Assembly: GCA_037441705.1 (NCBI GenBank)
Contig: JBBIRR010000058.1
Coordinates: 1 to 20,581 of the forward strand
Length of the DNA: 20,581 bases
Source of the DNA: Ignavibacteriales bacterium
GTDB taxonomy: Bacteria > Bacteroidota > Ignavibacteria > UBA10030 > UBA6906
Direction: 5' to 3'
The translations under genes and the position numbers were made by a program. The first letter of the stretch is position 1; every line of letters starts with the position of its first letter. This document shows, in pieces, positions 14,453-20,581 of this stretch. The notes beneath the pieces are model-generated. The model did not search any database and had not been told where the DNA came from. It worked only from the letters and a program-made list of their open reading frames with translations.

Positions 14453-15568
14453 TCACACTTCAACCCCGGCAAACGCGTTCCGCTTGTCCGTCAGGTTCTT
14501 GTAGAGTCCGTCGAAGGATTTTTCAAACGCAGCAACGCCATCCTCCTCTAATTTCTGCAGGACCCAACGCATGTCAATGCCGGCCGCGGCGACGCCATCA
14601 AGCACCTTGCGCGCTCCGTCAAGGTCGGATTCAATCGTGAGAGCCGCCGTGCCGTGATCGAGAATCGCGGCGTATGTCTGCGGAGGCACTGTGTTCACCG
14701 TGTGGGGACCGATGAGCGTATCCACATACAGCAGGTCGCTGTAAACAGGATTCTTGGTGCCGGTGCTGCCCCACAACGGCCGCTGAACGCTCGCCCCCTT
14801 CTCTCTCAATGCCTGAAACCGCCGTGAGTTGAAAATCTCTTTGAATGCCTGATAGACAAATTTCGTGTTGGCAACCGCAGCTTTGCCCATCAACGGCTTC
14901 AGGCTCGGATCGTTCTTCTTTGCCAGCAAATCGTCCACCAGCGTGTCTATGCGGCTGACGAAGACACTCGCCACCGACGCAATCGCATCAATCGGCTTGC
15001 CTGCCTGCACGCGCCGCTCGAGTCCGCTGATGTACGCGTGGGCCACCTCCCGATAACGCTCGACCGAGAAGATGAGCGTCACGTTGATGTTCCTTCCCTC
15101 AAAAATCATCTGTTCGATGGCGGGCAAACCTTCCTTCGTCGCGGGAATCTTCACCATCAGATTCGGGCGATTGATGAGTCCCCACAGCAGGCGAACTTCC
15201 TCCATCGTCGCCTGAGTATCGCGTGCCTTGCTCGGCGTAACTTCTACGCTCACGTAGCCATCCAACTTGTTTGTCCTTTTGTAGACGGAAGCCATCACGT
15301 CGCAGGCCATCTGAATGTCCTTCACCATCAACGCCTGGATGATTTCGGCGGCATCAATGTCGGGTTTCACCTCCACCAACTCACGGATCTGGCTGTCGTA
15401 GTCGTTGCTGCCGGAGATCGCCTTGTCAAAAATGGTGGGATTGGATGTAACGCCGCGCAATCCTTCATCGACCATCCTTTGCAAGTCACCGTTGAGGATG
15501 ACACTGCGGCTGATGTTATCGTACCAGATGCTCTGACCGAGCTCTGCGAGTTTTTGAATGGTGGTCAT
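14453..15568 (-). CDS. tal: Transaldolase (long actinobacterial/cyanobacterial type)
   Basis: GQSIWYDNISR, GVTSNPTIF, VSVEV, NLMVKIPAT (Schiff-base Lys), NVTLIFS, SVFVSRID and RPLWGSTGTKNP. Start moved to ATG 15568, which has a GAGGAG SD. Confidence 0.95.
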   Translation of the reverse strand: MTTIQKLAELGQSIWYDNISRSVILNGDLQRMVDEGLRGVTSNPTIFDKAISGSNDYDSQIRELVEVKPDIDAAEIIQALMVKDIQMACDVMASVYKRTNKLDGYVSVEVTPSKARDTQATMEEVRLLWGLINRPNLMVKIPATKEGLPAIEQMIFEGRNINVTLIFSVERYREVAHAYISGLERRVQAGKPIDAIASVASVFVSRIDTLVDDLLAKKNDPSLKPLMGKAAVANTKFVYQAFKEIFNSRRFQALREKGASVQRPLWGSTGTKNPVYSDLLYVDTLIGPHTVNTVPPQTYAAILDHGTAALTIESDLDGARKVLDGVAAAGIDMRWVLQKLEEDGVAAFEKSFDGLYKNLTDKRNAFAGVEV

Positions 15569-15605
15569 GGAAGGCTCCTCCGTGATGCGTTGTACGGTTG
15601 ATGGT

Positions 15606-16055
15606 TCACTTTCCTTTTTCTTCGATGTCAAGGATCTTTTGCACCCGCCGGCGATGTCGTTCCTCGTTGGAGAATCGTGCCGCCAGGAATGCGCGCGCAA
15701 TTTCCAGGGCTGGCGCTACGCCAATAACGCGGGAACCGAGACAGAGAACGTTCATGTCATCGTGCTCAACGCCCTGATGCCCGGAGTACGTATCATGAGC
15801 CAGTCCCGCGCGGATGCCCTTGATCTTATTTGCCGCGATGCACGCGCCGACGCCGCTGCCGCAGACGAGGATACCGCGCTCGGCTTGTCCCGATGTCACT
15901 GCCTCGCCGATCTTGCGCGCGAAGTCGGGATAATCGGACGGCGTTTCGTCGTTCGCCCCCAGGTCAATAATCTCATGACCATCGTTTCGCAGCTCCCGGG
16001 CAAGATACTGCTTCAGCGCGAATCCGGCATGGTCACCGGCGAGTGCTACCTTCAT
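15606..16055 (-). CDS. rpiB: Ribose-5-phosphate isomerase B
   Basis: [31 protein letters not shown] and RH.RRV motifs. ATGA overlap with the tkt stop. Confidence 0.96.
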   Translation of the reverse strand: MKVALAGDHAGFALKQYLARELRNDGHEIIDLGANDETPSDYPDFARKIGEAVTSGQAERGILVCGSGVGACIAANKIKGIRAGLAHDTYSGHQGVEHDDMNVLCLGSRVIGVAPALEIARAFLAARFSNEERHRRRVQKILDIEEKGK

Positions 16056-18142
16056 GCAAGCACCTTCTTCGCCGCCGCGACCACAGCCTCAGCGGTGATG
16101 TTGAAGCCTTTGAACACGGCATCCACCGGCGCAGAAGCGCCGAACGACGACATCCCGACGAACTCACCCTTCTCGCCGATGTATCGTTCCCACCCCAACT
16201 TCACGCCCGCTTCGACCGCCACGCGAGCTTTGACCGACGACGGAAGCACGTGCTCTTTGTACTCCGCCGTCTGTTTTTCAAACAATTCCCAGGACGGCAT
16301 GCTGATGACGCGAGAACGAATGCCCTCGGATTTCAACTGCTCGTACGCTTTCAAGGCGAGCTGCACTTCCGATCCGGTGCCGATGAGCAGGACATCCGGG
16401 CGATCGTCACCAATCAAAACATACGCGCCGCGGTAAAGGTTCGACGCCGACGCGTATTTTGTTTGATCGAGAACCGGCACTTTCTGGCGTGTGAGCGTCA
16501 GGATTGTCGGTCCTGAACGATTCTCGAGCGCGAATTTCCAGGCATACGCGGTTTCGTTCGCATCGGCCGGACGGAGGAGAACGAGTCCGGGCATTGCCCG
16601 CAGCGATGCAAAATGCTCCACCGCCTGATGCGTCGGCCCATCTTCACCAAGCCCGATGCTGTCGTGTGTGTACACAAAAATCGTGGGATAGTGCGAGAGG
16701 GCAGCGAGACGAATAGACGCACGCATGTAATCCGTGAACGCGAAGAACGTGCCACCATACGGAATCAGCAAATCACTCACCGCAATGCCGTTCATGATCG
16801 CGCCCATGGCATGCTCACGCACGCCGTAACGAATGTAGCGTCCGAGTCTGTTCGTCTTGCTGAAATCGGTCGAGCCTTTGAACTTCGTGTTGTTGGACGG
16901 CGTGAGATCGGCTGAACCGCCAAGCACCAGCGGCAGCTTCGGCATGATGGCATCGAGCACCCTGCCTTGCGCCTCGCGCGTTGCCAGCGGTACGGCGGGA
17001 TCGAACGCCGGAACGTTCTGCTTCCAGAGCTCCTCCCAGTTTTCCGGGAGACGGCGTTCGGCTGCGCGCGTGAAAGCGCGCGCAAGTTCGGGGAATGCCT
17101 TCTCGTAGCGCGCAAACTCCTCGCGCCACTGCTGCTCTCGAGCCGCTCCCTTCTCCACTTCTTTTCGAAAAAGCGCAAGCGCTTCATCGGGTACAAAGAA
17201 TTTTTTCTCCGGATCCCATCCTAACTGCTTTTTGGTCAGGCGAACCTCGTCCTCTCCCAAGGGCGAGCCGTGCGCATCGGCCGTATCCTGCTTGTTGGGA
17301 CTGCCGTATCCGATGTGCGTCCGCAGCTTGATGAGCGAGGGGCGATGCCGTTCGTTCTGCGCGGCAACAAGTGCACGCTCTATCGCATGCAAATCATTCC
17401 CATCTCCGCCCACGGTTTGGACAAACCAACCGTACGCTTCATAGCGCTTTGCGACATCCTCGGTGAATGCAAGATCGGTGCTGCCGTCTATCGAGATATG
17501 ATTGTCGTCGTAGAGGACGATGAGATTATTCAGGCCCAATGTGCCCGCGAGCGATGAGGCTTCGGAGGAGACGCCCTCCATCAAACATCCATCACCGGCT
17601 ACGACATAAATCTTATAGTCAACAACCGGAAAGCCGTCGCGATTGAAGTAAGCAGCGAGATATTTCTCGGCGATCGCCATGCCCACCGCGTTGGAGATGC
17701 CCTGACCCAGCGGCCCCGTCGTCACCTCAACACCCGGCGTATGTCCGTACTCAGGATGGCCGGGCGTCTTGCTTCCCCACTGCCGGAAGTTCTTGATCTC
17801 ATCCAACGACAAATCGTAGCCGGTCAAATAAAGAAGAGAGTACAGAAGCATGCAGCCGTGTCCTGCAGACAGCACGAACCGGTCGCGATTGACCCACTTC
17901 GGATTACAGGGATTGTGCTTCAGATGCCTCGTCCATAACACATAGGCTGCGGGCGCCATCCCCATCGGCATGCCCGGATGCCCGGATTTTGCTTTCTGCA
18001 CGGCATCGATCGAAAGACAGCGAATCGTGTTGATACACAACTCATCAAGTTCTGTCTGACTGGCGTGCCGGGGAAGGCGGGAAAGGCTCTCTAAGCGGTC
18101 AATACTTACTGCAAGAGGGGCAGTCGGTGCCTGTGCTGACAT
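16052..18142 (-). CDS. tkt: Transketolase
   Basis: [44 protein letters not shown] (ThDP motif), GSADL, GVREHAM and [15 protein letters not shown]. Confidence 0.98.
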   Translation of the reverse strand: MSAQAPTAPLAVSIDRLESLSRLPRHASQTELDELCINTIRCLSIDAVQKAKSGHPGMPMGMAPAAYVLWTRHLKHNPCNPKWVNRDRFVLSAGHGCMLLYSLLYLTGYDLSLDEIKNFRQWGSKTPGHPEYGHTPGVEVTTGPLGQGISNAVGMAIAEKYLAAYFNRDGFPVVDYKIYVVAGDGCLMEGVSSEASSLAGTLGLNNLIVLYDDNHISIDGSTDLAFTEDVAKRYEAYGWFVQTVGGDGNDLHAIERALVAAQNERHRPSLIKLRTHIGYGSPNKQDTADAHGSPLGEDEVRLTKKQLGWDPEKKFFVPDEALALFRKEVEKGAAREQQWREEFARYEKAFPELARAFTRAAERRLPENWEELWKQNVPAFDPAVPLATREAQGRVLDAIMPKLPLVLGGSADLTPSNNTKFKGSTDFSKTNRLGRYIRYGVREHAMGAIMNGIAVSDLLIPYGGTFFAFTDYMRASIRLAALSHYPTIFVYTHDSIGLGEDGPTHQAVEHFASLRAMPGLVLLRPADANETAYAWKFALENRSGPTILTLTRQKVPVLDQTKYASASNLYRGAYVLIGDDRPDVLLIGTGSEVQLALKAYEQLKSEGIRSRVISMPSWELFEKQTAEYKEHVLPSSVKARVAVEAGVKLGWERYIGEKGEFVGMSSFGASAPVDAVFKGFNITAEAVVAAAKKVLA

Positions 18143-18187
18143 GCATGTACCGTGAAAGTTCGTCCACAGTGAAGGAAACTCATGAGT

Positions 18188-18215
18188 AAGATAGGGATTT
18201 CTTGCTCAGATTCAA
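18188..18215 (-). promoter_or_regulatory. Possible promoter of the tkt operon
   Basis: Minus strand TTGAAT (18215-18210), 16 nt spacer, TATCTT (18193-18188), 45 nt upstream of the tkt ATG. Confidence 0.4.
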
Positions 18216-18440
18216 TGATAGGTTCGTCACAATTTTCGCGATTGCCACTGTCGAAGAACATCGGTTCGCTCACGCGTTTGTAAAAATTACTAAAGACCCT
18301 CGCCCGTCCTGCCGATAATTCCAGCAGGAAAAGAAAGTTCTACAGAATGCCGACGGGCATCGCCATCCCCACAAACGACACATGGGCGATTGAAAGATTG
18401 GTACGAGGGCGGGAAGGGACACAATTTTCGGACGACATTT

Positions 18441-19805
18441 ATGGCAAAGAAAGACTTTTCGATTCTGGTTGTTGACGATGAGGAAACATTTCGTTACATG
18501 CTTTCCACGCTGATCGGCGGAGCGGGCTACCATGTCGAAACAGCGAACGACGGCGTCGCGGCTATCAACGCCGTCCAAACAAAGCCGTATCACGTGGTGT
18601 TGTGCGACGTGCGGATGCCGAAGGTGGACGGCATCGAAGTCTTGAAGTTCATCAAGCAAAACCACCCGCACACCGAAGTCATCATGCTCACCGGGGCGTC
18701 GGATGTGAAGACGGCGGTCGAGTGCATGAAGATCGGGGCATACGATCACATCCAAAAACCGACGACCGCCGACGACCTGCTCGGCACCATCGAGCGCGCC
18801 ATCGAGCGCCAACAATTGGTTCGCGACAATACGGTGTTGAAGAACGAGTTGGAACGCCTGCACGGGCCGTCTGAAATCATTGGCGAGAGTGCAGCGCTGC
18901 GGCGCGTCCTGGAAATCGCCGCAAAGGTTGCCCCCACCGACTCGTCCGTGCTCATTCAGGGTCCCAGCGGAACAGGAAAGGAACTGATCGCCAACTACAT
19001 CTACCAGCGCAGCGAACGGGCAAACATGCCTTTCGTTACCGTCAACTGCGCGTCGATCCCCGACACGCTGATCGAGAGCGAGCTTTTCGGACACGAGAAG
19101 GGCGCCTTCACCGATGCCCGCGCAACCAAGCCCGGCATCGTGGAGATCGCCGACAAAGGAACGCTCTTCCTCGACGAAATCGGAGACATCAGCCCCATCG
19201 TGCAGCCGAAAATCCTCCGCTTCATTCAAAGCGGCGAGTTCCGCCGTGTCGGCGGTAACCAAATCCTCAAGGCGGATTGCCGCATCCTCTCGGCAACGAA
19301 CAAAGACCTCAAAGCCGAGGTCAAAGAAGGTCGCTTCCGCGAAGATTTACTCTACCGTCTCAATGTCATCACGATCGAGCTTCCTGCCTTGCGCCAGCGG
19401 AAAGAGGATATTCCCCTGCTTGTCGCGTCGTTCCTCAACAACAAAATGAAGACGAAAGTGCAGAAGACGATCTCGCCGAAAGCGATGGAAGTGCTGATGT
19501 CGTACGATTGGCCAGGCAATATTCGTGAGCTCGAAAACGTGATCGAGCGCGCGGCCATTTTGTGCCAGAACAACGTCATCGAACCGCGAGATCTCTCTCT
19601 GCCGAACCTTCCATCGCTTCCGTCCTCCAACGGGCACGATCAGAAGATCGGCACGGCAACAGCGCTCAAGGAAATCGAGCGGCTTCATATCGAAGGCGTG
19701 TTGAGAACCTTCCGCGGCAACAAAACCGAATCGGCAAAAATTCTCGGCATCAGTCTGAAAACGCTGTACACCAAGATCCAGCAATACCAGATCCGCTGGA
19801 ATTGA
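18441..19805 (+). CDS. Sigma-54-dependent response regulator (NtrC/ZraR/AtoC family: REC-AAA+-Fis HTH)
   Basis: REC domain (ILVVDDE, LCDVRMP phospho-Asp, MLTG, QKP), Walker A GPSGTGKE, ESELFGHEKGAFTDA, Walker B LFLDEIG, FREDLLYRLN, WPGNIRELEN and HTH GNKTESAKILGISLKTLY. Start moved to ATG 18441. Confidence 0.95.
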   Translation: MAKKDFSILVVDDEETFRYMLSTLIGGAGYHVETANDGVAAINAVQTKPYHVVLCDVRMPKVDGIEVLKFIKQNHPHTEVIMLTGASDVKTAVECMKIGAYDHIQKPTTADDLLGTIERAIERQQLVRDNTVLKNELERLHGPSEIIGESAALRRVLEIAAKVAPTDSSVLIQGPSGTGKELIANYIYQRSERANMPFVTVNCASIPDTLIESELFGHEKGAFTDARATKPGIVEIADKGTLFLDEIGDISPIVQPKILRFIQSGEFRRVGGNQILKADCRILSATNKDLKAEVKEGRFREDLLYRLNVITIELPALRQRKEDIPLLVASFLNNKMKTKVQKTISPKAMEVLMSYDWPGNIRELENVIERAAILCQNNVIEPRDLSLPNLPSLPSSNGHDQKIGTATALKEIERLHIEGVLRTFRGNKTESAKILGISLKTLYTKIQQYQIRWN

Positions 19806-19821
19806 GCGTCGTTCAGCCGTT

Positions 19822-19868
19822 GCATCATTGGCGGGCAAAGCGTAGCTTTCACCTGCCCGCAATGATGC
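19822..19868 (+). repeat. Long inverted repeat / stem-loop between the regulator and the next gene
   Basis: GCATCATTG(G)CGGGCA ... TGCCCGCAATGATGC: 15 bp with a one-nt bulge, enclosing a short AAGC-GTA-GCTT stem. No long U-tract. Confidence 0.7.
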
Positions 19869-19878
19869 TTGTGCCAGA

Positions 19879-20581
19879 ATGAACCCGTCTTCGTTTCCTG
19901 CATTTCTTGAAAGGCGATCGATCGTCGTCCTCCTGTACGTCCTCGCGTCGGCCTACGTGTTCGGCATCTGGGTGTGGAGCGCCGATACGCCCACCACTTC
20001 CTTCAACGGCGACCCGAGGTCGAAGCTTTCCGACATTCTCTACGGGACGGCACACAGGCCATACGTCTACCGCGTCTTCGTTCCGATGCTGACACTCGCA
20101 CTCTATGCGCCGCTCGCGGGACCTTCGTTCGATTCGCTGGAGCAGACGCTTCTCCGCATTCCGAAGGTGCAGAAGGAAACGCAGCGGCTCGGGTGGGAAA
20201 CGGATTTCTTCATCGAGTACCTGATTGCGCTGTTCATCGCTTTCCTTTGTCTGCTCGCATTCTCGTTCGTCGTGCGTCGGTTCTGGTCCACGCTGTACGA
20301 GACCGAGCCGCGTGTCAGCAACCTCGTCCCCATCATCGCGCTGCTTGCGCTGCCGCCGATCTTCCCGACCGGACCGCATTACATCTACGACTTTCCAACG
20401 TTGTTCTTCTTTACGCTGGGACTTCTGCTCCTGGTGCAACAACGATGGTTGCTTCTCTACCCCATCTTCTTTCTCGGTTGCCTCAACAAGGAAACGATGG
20501 TGTTGCTGACGTTTCTTTTCTTGATTCTGTTTCGAAATCATCTCCCAACCAGAAGCGTTCTCGCCCACACCGGGGCACAGC
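19879..20581 (+). CDS. Polytopic membrane protein, probably GT-C-fold glycosyltransferase-like, 3'-partial
   Basis: Not in the ORF track. The frame is open from ATG 19879 to the window end: MNPSSFPAFLERRSIVVLLYVLASAYVFGIWVW...GTAHRPYVYRVFVPML...HYIYDFPTLFFFTLG...GCLNKETMVLL. Multiple TM segments plus PYxYRxxxP, YD and NKET motifs reminiscent of GT-C proteins. Confidence 0.7.
   Translation, partial: MNPSSFPAFLERRSIVVLLYVLASAYVFGIWVWSADTPTTSFNGDPRSKLSDILYGTAHRPYVYRVFVPMLTLALYAPLAGPSFDSLEQTLLRIPKVQKETQRLGWETDFFIEYLIALFIAFLCLLAFSFVVRRFWSTLYETEPRVSNLVPIIALLALPPIFPTGPHYIYDFPTLFFFTLGLLLLVQQRWLLLYPIFFLGCLNKETMVLLTFLFLILFRNHLPTRSVLAHTGAQ

Noticed and set aside
18270-20568. Minus-strand ORFs of 330, 171 and 239 aa
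   Set aside because: Antisense shadows of the response regulator and the membrane-protein gene. The Lys/Gln/Glu richness of the 239-aa ORF mirrors hydrophobic codons on the plus strand.
1-20581. CRISPR array, rRNA or known riboswitch
   Set aside because: No regularly spaced repeats, rRNA-like segments or recognisable riboswitch consensus were seen. An Rfam scan would be needed to exclude weak hits.

Overview
Chromosomal window from a moderately GC-rich bacterium. The gene families and a Gln at +1 after one predicted signal peptide tentatively suggest the Bacteroidota/Chlorobi/Ignavibacteria group (inference). The left part holds the start of a polysaccharide-export locus (Wzc-type tyrosine autokinase and a partial SLBB-domain gene), a divergent metallophosphoesterase, a small membrane-anchored Zn-ribbon protein, and convergent tRNA-Asn(GTT) and tRNA-Val(TAC). 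The centre is an almost gapless ~11 kb minus-strand run: tkt-rpiB-tal-[FitA-like/VapC TA]-zwf-GT2-GT87-like GT-C-TIGR04282-like transferase-AhpD-like peroxidase-[Xre/RES TA]-arsS-like radical SAM, ending in a terminator. A second unit of four genes follows (2-TM protein, AhpD/CMD, membrane protein, tandem NTF2-like protein). The right part holds a sigma-54-type response regulator without an adjacent kinase and a partial GT-C-like membrane protein. The best candidate for a poorly described system is the arsS-like cluster: it has a lipid-linked sugar transfer pair, lacks arsM in the window, is fused to the pentose phosphate operon and is interrupted by TA cassettes. All family assignments come from recognising motifs by eye; no searches were run.
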